The notes below the pieces were generated by a model. The model saw nothing but the letters and a program-made list of their open reading frames with translations. It was not told where the DNA came from and did not search any database. From NCBI GenBank assembly GCA_009873655.1, contig WAIB01000001.1:2237-66236 (forward strand): a stretch of DNA of 64,000 nt, written 5' to 3'. The DNA is from Nitrospinota bacterium (GTDB lineage: Bacteria > Nitrospinota > Nitrospinia > Nitrospinales > VA-1). Position numbers and translations under genes: made by a program. Positions 37,074-46,783 of the stretch are shown one piece after another; within the stretch, counting starts at the first letter, position 1; each line of letters begins with the position of its first letter.

Positions 37074-37126
37074 GCAAAGGTGCCCCCTCCTTCCTTTGCT
37101 CCCGGCCCTTTTGGCCAAGGGCCGGG
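37074..37126 (+). other. two adjacent GC-rich hairpins in the murB-ddl spacer
   Basis: GCAAAGG-12 nt-CCTTTGC (37074-37099) and CCCGGCCCTT-ttggcc-AAGGGCCGGG (37101-37126). A T5 run lies 10 nt downstream. Confidence 0.5.
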
Positions 37127-37147
37127 GCGGATCTGCCTTTTTATAAG

Positions 37148-38083
37148 TTGAAAAGATTTTTGGAAAATTTTGAAGAAAAGAAAATAGGTGTCTTAATGGG
37201 TGGCTTATCATCAGAACGGGAAGTTTCCCTTTCAACCGGAAATTCGGTGGTGGTAGCAATGAAAAGAAAAGGGTTGAAAGTATTTCCAATCGATGTTGAT
37301 CGAAACATTGCCAGCAACCTGAAAGGGATCGATCTTGCATTTAACGCCCTGCACGGAACCTATGGAGAAGATGGCTGCATTCAAGGATTGCTTGAATATT
37401 TAAAAATCCCTTATACGGGGTCGGGGGTTACAGGAAGCGCCCTGGCATACGACAAATTAAAAACCAAGGAAATTTTAAAGCTCCATGACATACCGACGGC
37501 GGATTACGAGGTCTTTTATCGAAACCAGGACGAGCCTATCACGAGAAATATGGAGTTACCCGTTGTTGTCAAACCCACCAATCAAGGGTCCAGCTTTGGT
37601 GTGAGCATCGTTGAAAAAGAAGATCAATGGAACGAGGCATTGGATAACGCTTTTAAATATTCTGATGAAATTATTGTGGAAAACTTTATAGCAGGAAAAC
37701 TTCTGGCTGTGGGAATGAATGGTGAAACTCCCATGCCGATCGTTCATATCTGCCCTAAATCAGGGTTCTATGACTATGAAGCCAAATACACCTCTGGAAA
37801 GACCGAGTATATCTGCCCCGCAGATTTGAGCGAAAGCGAAACCAAAAACTGCCAGGAGGTGGCAAAAAAAGTTTTCAAGGTTCTAAGAGGGAGAGGATTA
37901 CCCCGGGTCGACATCATTCTTGACGAGAAAGGAACTCCCTATGTCCTGGAAATGAATACCGTACCCGGCTTGACTCCTACCAGCCTTTTACCGATGGCTG
38001 CACAGGAAACAGGCATGGGTTTTGACGACCTTATTATAGAAATTTTAAAAACAGCTCAATTGGACCATGGAGTTCTGTCATGA
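37148..38083 (+). CDS. ddl: D-alanine--D-alanine ligase
   Basis: LMGGLSSEREVSL, ALHGTYGEDG and the ATP-grasp core (VVKPTNQGSSFGV, EMNTVPG). Only TTG starts (37148 or 37160) precede the conserved N-terminus. Confidence 0.9.
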   Translation: MKRFLENFEEKKIGVLMGGLSSEREVSLSTGNSVVVAMKRKGLKVFPIDVDRNIASNLKGIDLAFNALHGTYGEDGCIQGLLEYLKIPYTGSGVTGSALAYDKLKTKEILKLHDIPTADYEVFYRNQDEPITRNMELPVVVKPTNQGSSFGVSIVEKEDQWNEALDNAFKYSDEIIVENFIAGKLLAVGMNGETPMPIVHICPKSGFYDYEAKYTSGKTEYICPADLSESETKNCQEVAKKVFKVLRGRGLPRVDIILDEKGTPYVLEMNTVPGLTPTSLLPMAAQETGMGFDDLIIEILKTAQLDHGVLS

Positions 38084-38976
38084 GCTTTGCTCTGGTCAAA
38101 CTAAAAGGACCTGCTGCCACATGGGACGATTTGCGTTCCGCGAGGAATAAAAAACGCAAACGCGGAAGCAGTATAAGAAAAAAGAATCCCGTCAATTTGA
38201 AAATCGGGACATGGGTACGCATTCTTGCGGAGCTTGCTTCAAAACTTTTCCTGGCAGGTGTCATTGGGTATCTTTTTTATGCGGGATATAATTTTATGAT
38301 TTCAACACCTCGATTCCAGATCCAGAATGTTTCCTTTCGGGGGAATCATGTGTTGAGCGACTCACAAATCCTTGAATGGCTGGGACCGGTAAAAGGTGAA
38401 AACCTGATTTCATTAGATTTAGTTGAATTAAACAGGAGACTTTCCGAACATCCCTGGGTTCAAACCGCAACCATCCAACGTGTTTTTCCGCAAGGGTTGA
38501 AATTTGAGCTTATAGAAAGAGTTCCTTACGCAAGAATCAAAAAAGACAAAGTCTACCTGATGGATAATTTTGGAGTCATCCTGTCTCCCGAAAAACCTGA
38601 ATACCGGGATTTGCCTCTTGTCATTCTGCCGGACAACAAGGAAAAAGATTTATTGAATGGAAAAGTATTACACAGCCTGAAAACAATGCACTACTTCAAC
38701 AAACTTTCCTTTTTTGAAAATAATCCTATAGAAGCGGCAAAACTGATAGGCCACTCAAGAGTTTTGTTTGTCACCAGGAATAAGGACGTTCAAATTCAAA
38801 TGTCAATGGACGATTTAAACGAAGGATTCAAAAATTTTATGATTATCCTGGATTCACTTGAGGGAGACAATCTAAGAACAAAGATGATCGACTTGTCTTT
38901 TAAGAACCAGGTTGTAGTCCGGGAAAAATTAAAACTGAATGAAATATTAATTTCGACAGAGAGTCAAACCAACTAG
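38080..38976 (+). CDS. ftsQ: cell division protein FtsQ
   Basis: Basic N-terminus, a single TM helix and a POTRA-like region (FQIQNVSFRGNHVLS). ATGA overlap with ddl. Confidence 0.8.
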   Translation: MSFALVKLKGPAATWDDLRSARNKKRKRGSSIRKKNPVNLKIGTWVRILAELASKLFLAGVIGYLFYAGYNFMISTPRFQIQNVSFRGNHVLSDSQILEWLGPVKGENLISLDLVELNRRLSEHPWVQTATIQRVFPQGLKFELIERVPYARIKKDKVYLMDNFGVILSPEKPEYRDLPLVILPDNKEKDLLNGKVLHSLKTMHYFNKLSFFENNPIEAAKLIGHSRVLFVTRNKDVQIQMSMDDLNEGFKNFMIILDSLEGDNLRTKMIDLSFKNQVVVREKLKLNEILISTESQTN

Positions 38977-38991
38977 AAGGGGATAGGACGC

Positions 38992-40224
38992 ATGTCCAAA
39001 AAAAGCAATTACATTGTCGGGTTAGATATTGGGACCACTAAAATCTGTTGCATCATCGGAGAAATAATTGATGATGAAAAAATAGATATTATAGGTCTCG
39101 GTCAGTATCCATCAAAAGGCCTCAGAAAAGGGGTTGTTGTCAACATCGACAGTACGGTGGAATCCATCAAGAATGCTGTTGAAGAAGCCGAACTAATGGC
39201 GGGTTGTGAAATTGATTCGGTTTATGTCGGCATAGCGGGTGGTCACATCAACAGTCTCAACAGTCACGGAATCATTGCCGCAAAAGGCAGGGAAATTACC
39301 CAGAAGGATGTGGAAAGGGTTATTGAAGCGGCTAAAGCTATTGCTATTCCCCTCGACCGCGAAGTAATCCACGTCCTTCCCCAGGAATACATCGTTGACA
39401 ACCAGGATGGAATAAAAACTCCTCTGGGGATGGCGGGAGTACGCCTGGAAGCAAAAGTCCATATCGTAACTGCGGCGGTTACCTCGGCCCAAAACATTGT
39501 CAAATGCGTAAACAAAGCGGGTTTGGGTGTTTCGGATATCGTTTTGGAACAACTCGCTTCCAGCGAATCGGTCTTATCACAAGATGAAAGAGAGTTGGGG
39601 GTGGCCATGGTTGACATTGGCGGAGGTACCTCGGACCTGGCTATTTTTTATCAGGGCTCCATCAAACATACTTCCGTTTTGACTATCGCGGGAGCACAAA
39701 TGACCAACGACATAGCCATTGGCCTCCGTACTCCCAATGCCGAAGCAGAAAAAATCAAACACTCATTCGGCTGTGCCTACTCCGCTCTTATCGCTGAGGG
39801 AGACAACATTGAAGTTCCCAGTGTCGGGGGAAGAGAGGCGAGAACCGTACCTCGTCAAATATTAAGCGAAATAATCGAAGCGCGAACCCGCGAAATGTTC
39901 GAGTTGCTCGACCATGAAATAAGTGAATCAGGATTCCGAGAAATAATCTCATCGGGAATTGTGCTGACAGGTGGCGCTGCAAGCATGCATGGAATGGCCG
40001 AATTGGCCGAAGATGTTTTTCAATCTCCGGTAAGAGTGGGAACACCCATTGGTCTGGGAGGACTGATTGATGTGGTCAACAATCCCATGTACGCCACTTG
40101 TACAGGCCTGATTCAATATGGTTCTAAAAGAGTCAAAACCGGACCTGTGAGAGAACTTCAGGGCCGTAATTTATTCGATAAAATTTTTTCACGTATGAAA
40201 GATTGGGCAGATGAATTTTTTTAA
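38992..40224 (+). CDS. ftsA: cell division protein FtsA
   Basis: VGLDIGTTKICCIIGE, VDIGGGTSD and the actin-fold pattern. Confidence 0.95.
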   Translation: MSKKSNYIVGLDIGTTKICCIIGEIIDDEKIDIIGLGQYPSKGLRKGVVVNIDSTVESIKNAVEEAELMAGCEIDSVYVGIAGGHINSLNSHGIIAAKGREITQKDVERVIEAAKAIAIPLDREVIHVLPQEYIVDNQDGIKTPLGMAGVRLEAKVHIVTAAVTSAQNIVKCVNKAGLGVSDIVLEQLASSESVLSQDERELGVAMVDIGGGTSDLAIFYQGSIKHTSVLTIAGAQMTNDIAIGLRTPNAEAEKIKHSFGCAYSALIAEGDNIEVPSVGGREARTVPRQILSEIIEARTREMFELLDHEISESGFREIISSGIVLTGGAASMHGMAELAEDVFQSPVRVGTPIGLGGLIDVVNNPMYATCTGLIQYGSKRVKTGPVRELQGRNLFDKIFSRMKDWADEFF

Positions 40225-40239
40225 AAAATGGAGGACAAC

Positions 40240-41400
40240 ATGAGTTTAATCGAATTTGAAAATGAAAATGATTACACAGCAACTATAAAGGTTGTTGGCG
40301 TCGGAGGTGGGGGCACTAACGCCGTAAACTCCATGGTTCGGGACAATCTCTGTGGCGTAGAGTTTATCATCGCCAATACGGATTTGCAGTCCCTGGAAAA
40401 ATCAGAATGCCCGGGGAAGATTCAAATCGGCGGTGAACTGACTCGCGGACTGGGCGCAGGTTCCAATCCGGAAATAGGAAGAGATGCTGCCCAGGAAAGC
40501 GAAAATATTATTCGAGATATGCTTGAGGGTGCAGATATGGTCTTTATCACCGCCGGAATGGGCGGAGGAACCGGAACCGGTGCAGCACCCGTAATATCCC
40601 GAATTGCCAAAGAAACGGGAGCTCTTACGGTGGGAGTAGTCACCAAGCCCTTCGCCTTTGAAGGTAAGCGGAGAATGCGACAGGCAGAAGAAGGAATTAT
40701 GGAGTTAAAGGAAGCTGTCGATACTTTGATCGTGATCCCTAATCAAAAACTTTTAAGTTATGTGGGAAAACAAACTTCATTTACCAGCGCCTTTTCAATG
40801 GTAGATGATATTCTCAAGCAGGCAGTTTGCAGTATCTCCGACTTGATAGTCGTCCCCGGTCTCATCAATCTCGACTTTGCAGATGTAAAATGCATCATGG
40901 GAAGCATGGGCAAAGCACTGATGGGAAGCGGAACAGCCAGTGGAGAGAACAGGGCTGTGGAAGCAGCACAGAAAGCCATATCCAGCCCATTACTCGATGA
41001 AGCAACCGTGGATGGGGCTCAAGGCATCCTGATCAATATCACTGGCGGAGAAGACTTGACCCTCATGGAAATCAATGAGGCCTCCATGATGATTCAGAAA
41101 AATGCACACGATGATGCCCATATTATTTTTGGGGCTGTCATAGACCATAAAATGGAAGGTGAAATGCGTGTAACGGTTATAGCCACAGGATTCGAGCAGG
41201 CAGTAGCCTCGCCTATAGAAGAAAGGCCTGCGTTGAAAAAAGTGGTCGGAGGTGTTCCTCAAGTGGAAAGTGAAGACTCTTCATCCTCTTTTAAGCACCT
41301 TAAGTCCCTTGCGTCTTCTATAAAGGATGATAATCAGGATTCAGGCAACCTGAATGCCAACTTTGACATTCCTACATTCCTGCGCAAACACGCTGACTAA
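40240..41400 (+). CDS. ftsZ: cell division GTPase FtsZ
   Basis: [10 protein letters not shown] and [11 protein letters not shown] tubulin signature, with a C-terminal DIPTFLRK peptide. ATG 40240 lies 5 nt after GGAGG and is preferred to the tracked 40228. Confidence 0.95.
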   Translation: MSLIEFENENDYTATIKVVGVGGGGTNAVNSMVRDNLCGVEFIIANTDLQSLEKSECPGKIQIGGELTRGLGAGSNPEIGRDAAQESENIIRDMLEGADMVFITAGMGGGTGTGAAPVISRIAKETGALTVGVVTKPFAFEGKRRMRQAEEGIMELKEAVDTLIVIPNQKLLSYVGKQTSFTSAFSMVDDILKQAVCSISDLIVVPGLINLDFADVKCIMGSMGKALMGSGTASGENRAVEAAQKAISSPLLDEATVDGAQGILINITGGEDLTLMEINEASMMIQKNAHDDAHIIFGAVIDHKMEGEMRVTVIATGFEQAVASPIEERPALKKVVGGVPQVESEDSSSSFKHLKSLASSIKDDNQDSGNLNANFDIPTFLRKHAD

Positions 41401-41420
41401 TGCCATCTAATCCACGAAAC

Positions 41421-41438
41421 TGGCGGGCTCTCCCGCCA
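41421..41438 (+). terminator. hairpin after ftsZ (weak T tract)
   Basis: TGGCGGG-ctct-CCCGCCA followed by TTTCGG. Confidence 0.4.
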
Positions 41439-41473
41439 TTTCGGGGTGGCATTATTGATATTTGGAAAAGAGC

Positions 41474-42283
41474 TTAGCTATTTAATCCCCAGTTGTAATC
41501 CAGGTAGGAAATTTTTATTCCCGAACGCCGCAATTCTTTTGCGATCTCGGGAGATACGTAATTACCGATAAATTTCAGTACCCCTCCCCTGCTTTCAAAA
41601 TCCTCCTCAAACCATTTAAAAATTGCAGAAAGATAGACCCGGTTTCCCCTACCTTCAATTCTCATTCCCTTTTTTGAGGACTTTAAAAACTTTTTCATCT
41701 GGTCATCCAATTGTTCATTTAGCCTGTCAACACGGTATGCCTCCAGCCTGAGGTCAGGACAACTGACGGAAGCACAAACAATGGCAACATGGATTCTTGG
41801 CTCATCCATCTTCCTTAGAATTTCATGCTCAATTTCATTCAAAGTCCTTTCCTTTCCTCCTACCAAACCGGCGGGCTTTTTCCAAACCCGACTGAAAAGG
41901 CTACCCGCATCTTTTATACTTTTTATCGGGTAATGGTCTGTTACCATTTTGGCCGCAAAAATATTATAGGTGTTAATCCAGAAAACCAGTTTATCCTGCT
42001 TTGTTTTTAAGGAATTTAATCTGGCCGAATTCAAACCGGCAATCAAATTGTTAAAACCAGGATCGTCCTTCAGGCTTTTGTAATCCACAGCATTGATTAA
42101 TATTCCATCCACCGTTTTCGGCCTGACATGCTTTTTGACTAAGGCATCCCATCCCGAAAAATCAAAGGCTGCTGCCGGCATGGCCAACAAACCGAAAAAT
42201 AATGAAAGGACAAAAATTCTCAATCTCCTTTTTTTCCCATTCATTCTTTTATTATTGTTTGGCATTTCCATCATCCCTTCCAA
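41474..42283 (-). CDS. DUF547-domain protein with signal sequence
   Basis: The pattern VDYKSLK ... FWINTYNIFA ... HVAIVCASVSCP matches DUF547 as I recall it. Confidence 0.65.
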   Translation of the reverse strand: MEGMMEMPNNNKRMNGKKRRLRIFVLSLFFGLLAMPAAAFDFSGWDALVKKHVRPKTVDGILINAVDYKSLKDDPGFNNLIAGLNSARLNSLKTKQDKLVFWINTYNIFAAKMVTDHYPIKSIKDAGSLFSRVWKKPAGLVGGKERTLNEIEHEILRKMDEPRIHVAIVCASVSCPDLRLEAYRVDRLNEQLDDQMKKFLKSSKKGMRIEGRGNRVYLSAIFKWFEEDFESRGGVLKFIGNYVSPEIAKELRRSGIKISYLDYNWGLNS

Positions 42284-42403
42284 AATATCTAAAATTCAAC
42301 CCGACTGAATTTTAGTAATTTTAAGAGAGTTTTCCTTACAAATTAATTAAGCTTATAATACCCTACCTGATCTTGATTATTATAAATTTACAAAATCTTC
42401 CTC

Positions 42404-43276
42404 ATGAACAAATCAAAACAATTCAATCCCGTCCATGCGAGAGACTTTTTATTTGTTTCCGATCTGGATGGAACTCTCCTCCTTCCCGATGGAACCCTGC
42501 CTGAAGAATCCAAAAAGCGTCTGAACCGCCTTATTGATGATGGAATGCAGTTCACCATTGCTACAGCAAGAAATTATGACTCCGCTCACCCTATTTTAAA
42601 AGGATTGAATATCAATTTCCCAGTCGTTTTATTCAACGGAGTCTACCTTGCCGATTTTCACAGTGGGGAAATACTGGAGCACACCCAGTTTATTGATAAA
42701 ATTGTAATCGACAGCATGCTGGATCTGGCAAAATTGAGCAATATAGAACCCTTTATTTACACATTTGGGAATCAACACCAGGTGTATTATCGCAAAGCCA
42801 CCAACGCAGGTTCGACAGCCTATTTAAACAGCCTTGAAAAGGATGGAAGGGTCAAGCAGGTCTCCGAATTTGTTTTTCAGGAAGAGGAACATATTTCAGG
42901 ATTTTTGTTAATAGGAACCTTTGAAAGCCTGCAATCGATTTATGATAGCCTTAAGGAAAAACATTTTGACCATCTTAATTTATATTTCGCTGAAGATGTC
43001 TCAATGAAAGGATATTATTGGCTGCAATCTTTTCATCAGCAGGCAAACAAGGGAAACATGTTAGAGAAACTGGTTGAAAGAATGAACTTTTCCATTAACA
43101 AAACCCTGGTTTTTGGTGATTATCTGAATGACCTTGATATGTTTCGAGTCGCCGGGCATTCAGTCGCCATGGGAAATGCCTTGCCGGAAGTTAAAGAATC
43201 GGCCCATCAAATAATTGGCCATAACCACCAGGGTGCGGTGCTGGATTTTCTTGAGTCTATCTGGAAAAACCCATAA
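42404..43276 (+). CDS. HAD-IIB (Cof-type) phosphatase
   Basis: FVSDLDGTLL motif I, TIATAR, and GDYLNDLDMF motif IV. Confidence 0.8.
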   Translation: MNKSKQFNPVHARDFLFVSDLDGTLLLPDGTLPEESKKRLNRLIDDGMQFTIATARNYDSAHPILKGLNINFPVVLFNGVYLADFHSGEILEHTQFIDKIVIDSMLDLAKLSNIEPFIYTFGNQHQVYYRKATNAGSTAYLNSLEKDGRVKQVSEFVFQEEEHISGFLLIGTFESLQSIYDSLKEKHFDHLNLYFAEDVSMKGYYWLQSFHQQANKGNMLEKLVERMNFSINKTLVFGDYLNDLDMFRVAGHSVAMGNALPEVKESAHQIIGHNHQGAVLDFLESIWKNP

Positions 43277-43344
43277 ACTATTGCAATAAACGATGGCAAA
43301 ACCAGTATAATAAAAACCCAAAACAAACTTTATTTGAATATAAA

Positions 43345-43923
43345 ATGGCTGAACAACCCCAAGAACCGGAAAAAACCGTCTACCAGCGGGACAAGACAGC
43401 AAAGGAACCTAAACCTCTTGCTGACGCCCCGAAATCTCCCGCCAAGCCGAAACCAAAAATAAAAAAGGTTTTCGTTCCTAAAAAAACCACTTTCACCACG
43501 GACAAACCCATGGAACACCGGGTGAGAAATATTCGGCTCACCTCTTTGGAATCCGCCAAAATGATCTTTGATATACTGGTGGATTTTCAAAACGACCTGG
43601 CCAAAGCCGAGATGGATGATCCAGACAAGCCTTTTCACGACTGGGAAAAAGTTGAAAAGTTTTTTTCGCGTCTCGCCAAAAAATACAGTATCTGCCAAAG
43701 CAAAAAACTGGGCGGCGATTTAGGCTGGGTCTACAAGGGCATGACGCTTCCTGACCAAATAATGACAAAGGAACTTCTGGAAGAAATAATGAAACTGGAA
43801 AAGTTTATTATCCCCGATCCCGTTAAAAGCAACCTGGGTTTTCATATCCTGATGATATGTGAAAGCCAGATTCATACTCCAAGGGATAAACCAGAAGAAA
43901 AAGAGAGCCGACCGCTTTTTTAG
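43345..43923 (+). CDS. parvulin-type peptidyl-prolyl isomerase domain protein with a basic Lys/Pro-rich N-terminal tail
   Basis: The C-terminal SKKLGGDLGWVYKGM ... NLGFHILMI is a PpiC-type rotamase signature. The first ~50 aa are low-complexity (PKSPAKPKPKIKK). No signal peptide. Confidence 0.65.
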   Translation: MAEQPQEPEKTVYQRDKTAKEPKPLADAPKSPAKPKPKIKKVFVPKKTTFTTDKPMEHRVRNIRLTSLESAKMIFDILVDFQNDLAKAEMDDPDKPFHDWEKVEKFFSRLAKKYSICQSKKLGGDLGWVYKGMTLPDQIMTKELLEEIMKLEKFIIPDPVKSNLGFHILMICESQIHTPRDKPEEKESRPLF

Positions 43924-43938
43924 CCGGTGGCGATGTGC

Positions 43939-45441
43939 TTAATTACCCAGGAAAAAATGACGGATGTTTTCCACAACATATTCCTGTTGCGACCGGGTAA
44001 TTTCATGAGAAACGGGAAGGGCTAAAGTTTCATCCGCTGCTTTTTCAGACTCAGGAAAATCTCCTTTTTTATAGCCAAGGGATTTAAAACATTCCTGAAC
44101 ATGAAGTGAAAGCGGGTAATAAATTTCACACCCGATCTTTTTTTCATTTAGAAAAGAACGCAATTCATCCCGACGGTTTCCCGCGCGGATGACGTATTGG
44201 TTATAAACATGTCTCAGGAAAACCTCCGGGGGCAACTGGATATATTGCGTCAAAGCGTTTTGCTGGAATAACTGGTTATACGTTGTCGCGTTTTGGCGCC
44301 TTTTTCCGGTCCAGCTTTCAAGATAGTTTAACTTTGCCTTAATCACACCTGCCTGCAAGGCATCCAGCCGGAAGTTTCCACCTATGATTTTATGGTAATA
44401 CTTGGGCGCCGACCCATGCACTCGAAGAATCTTTAATTTTTCATAAAGTTCCTCCGAAGAAGTTGTCACGACACCCCCGTCTCCAAAGGCACCCAGGTTT
44501 TTGGCAGGAAAGAAGGAAAAGCAACCCATGTCTCCCAGAGACCCGGATCTATTATTTTTATATTCGGAACCAATGGACTGGGCCGCATCCTCAATCACCG
44601 TAAGATTATGTTTTTTACCCAATTCCACAATCGGGTCCATATCAGCACATTGACCATACAAATGGACAGGCATGATAGCGCGGGTCCGTGAAGTGATACA
44701 CCTTTCAATGTGCTCCGCTTTTAAATTAAAAGTCACATCATTGATATCCACAAATACCGGTTTTGCCCCTGCCCTTATAATAGATCCCGCTGTCGCAAAA
44801 AAAGTATAAGGAGAAGTAATCACTTCATCTCCTTCACCTATTCCGGCTGCCATCAATGAAATCAATAAAGCATCCGTACCCGAAGAAACACCTACCGCAA
44901 ATTTCGTTTGGCAGTATTCCGCAATTTTTTCTTCCATCTCGGAAACCTTGGAGCCCAGGATAAACATGCCACTCCTTACCGTGTCCGCCATTTCAATTTC
45001 AACATCGTTTAAAATCTGGTGGTAAGACGCGGGTATATCGAGAAGTTTCACCCCGGTTACCGCATCCGCCGACCCGTTTATTTTTTCCTGAAGTTCCTCA
45101 GGAGTGATCACCGGCACATCATCGGATGAAAATTTTTCCGGGTTCATGGAAATCACCGCATCAAAGCCGCAGTTTCGGGCAAGGATCGATGTCAGATTTT
45201 CCTCAAAACGGTCATCCTTCAAGGCTTCCGTCAGGTCACCCGCAGTCGGGGTTACCACACTCAAACTGGCTAACAGGCTCTTAACCTTTTTCCGGTGCTC
45301 TTGCGATAATTTTTGCATTACGGATGAAACCGTGGTGGACGCGACCCAGCTTTTACAATTTTTTGTAATACAGAGATCGGTAGCATTCGGTTCTCGAGAT
45401 AGGGCCTGAGCCAAATAATCGTGATGCAAAAGTATTTCCAT
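43939..45441 (-). CDS. DegT/DnrJ/EryC1/StrS-family PLP aminotransferase with an extra ~125-aa N-terminal domain
   Basis: The aminotransferase core runs from about residue 130 (SSGTDALL, DAAQSIGS, FSFFPAKNLG). The N-terminal extension resembles the C-terminal half of PIN-domain proteins. Confidence 0.8.
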   Translation of the reverse strand: MEILLHHDYLAQALSREPNATDLCITKNCKSWVASTTVSSVMQKLSQEHRKKVKSLLASLSVVTPTAGDLTEALKDDRFEENLTSILARNCGFDAVISMNPEKFSSDDVPVITPEELQEKINGSADAVTGVKLLDIPASYHQILNDVEIEMADTVRSGMFILGSKVSEMEEKIAEYCQTKFAVGVSSGTDALLISLMAAGIGEGDEVITSPYTFFATAGSIIRAGAKPVFVDINDVTFNLKAEHIERCITSRTRAIMPVHLYGQCADMDPIVELGKKHNLTVIEDAAQSIGSEYKNNRSGSLGDMGCFSFFPAKNLGAFGDGGVVTTSSEELYEKLKILRVHGSAPKYYHKIIGGNFRLDALQAGVIKAKLNYLESWTGKRRQNATTYNQLFQQNALTQYIQLPPEVFLRHVYNQYVIRAGNRRDELRSFLNEKKIGCEIYYPLSLHVQECFKSLGYKKGDFPESEKAADETLALPVSHEITRSQQEYVVENIRHFFLGN

Positions 45442-45473
45442 TTTTTAGTTATTAATGAGGAGATATTAAGAAA

Positions 45474-45755
45474 TTAAAAACAGACATCCTGATCCAGTTC
45501 TTCTCGCAGGATGATCTCGGCCGGCGTGTAATATTTTTTGTTTGAATTGCATTTTTTACAGGATGGAACCAGGTTTCCCCGGGTGCTCTTGCCTCCTCGG
45601 GAAATGGGTACAATATGGTCCATTGTCAGAGTTTCACTGGGAAATTGCCCCCCGCAATAATGGCAGACCCCGGACTCGATCTTTTGTTTCCACCATTGTG
45701 ACTGCCGGAGTTTTCTTGCTTTGGCTTTCTCGATCTTAAAATTATTTTCTTTCAT
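45474..45755 (-). CDS. small stand-alone HNH endonuclease
   Basis: CHYCGG ... DHIVPISRGG ... NLVPSCKKCNSNK (HNH / Cys-box). Confidence 0.8.
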   Translation of the reverse strand: MKENNFKIEKAKARKLRQSQWWKQKIESGVCHYCGGQFPSETLTMDHIVPISRGGKSTRGNLVPSCKKCNSNKKYYTPAEIILREELDQDVCF

Positions 45756-45763
45756 AAGCTCAA

Positions 45764-46267
45764 TCAGGCTTCCAACCTTTTCCCGGCCCAGACCGGCTGA
45801 ATCATCAGCTGAGGCGACCAGCTGTTTCTAACAGCACGAACGGTACCCGTCAAACTTCCTTTTGGATACCAATGAATATCCCCCACATCAAACTCAAACC
45901 CAAGAGCTGCCGACAGCCGTGTATTCGAAGTCCAGAAACAACTTCCATAACTGAATTCGAAAATGGGATCAATGTGCAGGATAAAAGTTTTTCCCCGAGA
46001 TTGAAATGGCAGCGCAATTTCGTACAAGCTCTGTATTTCCAACCTCTCAGGCAATCGCCAATCACAATAACCGCCCAGCTTTAGGTTATTCAGCTTTTCA
46101 ATATATCCCTGGGCATCATACCAGCTGATATTATTTCCCGTTTCCACATAAGCATAACTTGCCTGCCACATCAAACCCGTCAAGGAATCTGATATGGTCT
46201 GATCATCATTATCTATAAAACGGGTTGACATATTTAAACCGGAATCATACCAAAAAGCGGAACACAC
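45764..46267 (-). CDS. DUF1566 (Lcl C-terminal-like) domain protein
   Basis: TGLMWQ ... WRLPERLEIQSLY pattern. No signal peptide. The start may be Met13 (46231). Confidence 0.6.
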   Translation of the reverse strand: MCSAFWYDSGLNMSTRFIDNDDQTISDSLTGLMWQASYAYVETGNNISWYDAQGYIEKLNNLKLGGYCDWRLPERLEIQSLYEIALPFQSRGKTFILHIDPIFEFSYGSCFWTSNTRLSAALGFEFDVGDIHWYPKGSLTGTVRAVRNSWSPQLMIQPVWAGKRLEA

Positions 46268-46394
46268 AAAATATCAAAGGATGACACCACAATAATAACA
46301 AAAGGTTAGGGGTTTTAATACTTTCAAATTGAAAAACCCGAAGCGCGTTGAATTCACCCTCCCGGAAATGAGGACCCCATAAAAAACCTTGAGT

Positions 46395-46760
46395 CTACCG
46401 TTCCCCGAGCTGGCCCGGCAAAGCCGGGACAAATTGAAAACCACAATTTTTTATGTCTTCAACAGACTCTGGTGATTCAGGAAACCGATGGCAAATAAGC
46501 GGTTTTTCCGGGCTGTCATGCACGCGGCAGCGATTGTCTTCCGTCAACTCACCGCAAGGAAGATCCATAGAGTAATAAAGTTGATTGCGTTTTTCATCCG
46601 AGCCCACTACCCGAATTCCGCGATAGGACAAATATCGTTTCAACTCTTCCAGGCTTCCATGTTGTTGCAAAGTTACATCTCTTACTACCGTTATGTTGAG
46701 GGTCTGGCAGCATTCACCGCAGGAATGACATTCTCCTATCCTTTCCATGGGTCGATTCAT
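46395..46760 (-). CDS. YkgJ-family cysteine-cluster protein
   Basis: CHSCGECCQ near the N-terminus, then ...C..L....RC..H...P..C in the C-terminal half. Confidence 0.65.
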   Translation of the reverse strand: MNRPMERIGECHSCGECCQTLNITVVRDVTLQQHGSLEELKRYLSYRGIRVVGSDEKRNQLYYSMDLPCGELTEDNRCRVHDSPEKPLICHRFPESPESVEDIKNCGFQFVPALPGQLGER

Positions 46761-46783
46761 TTTTCACACTTTCATTTTGATGA

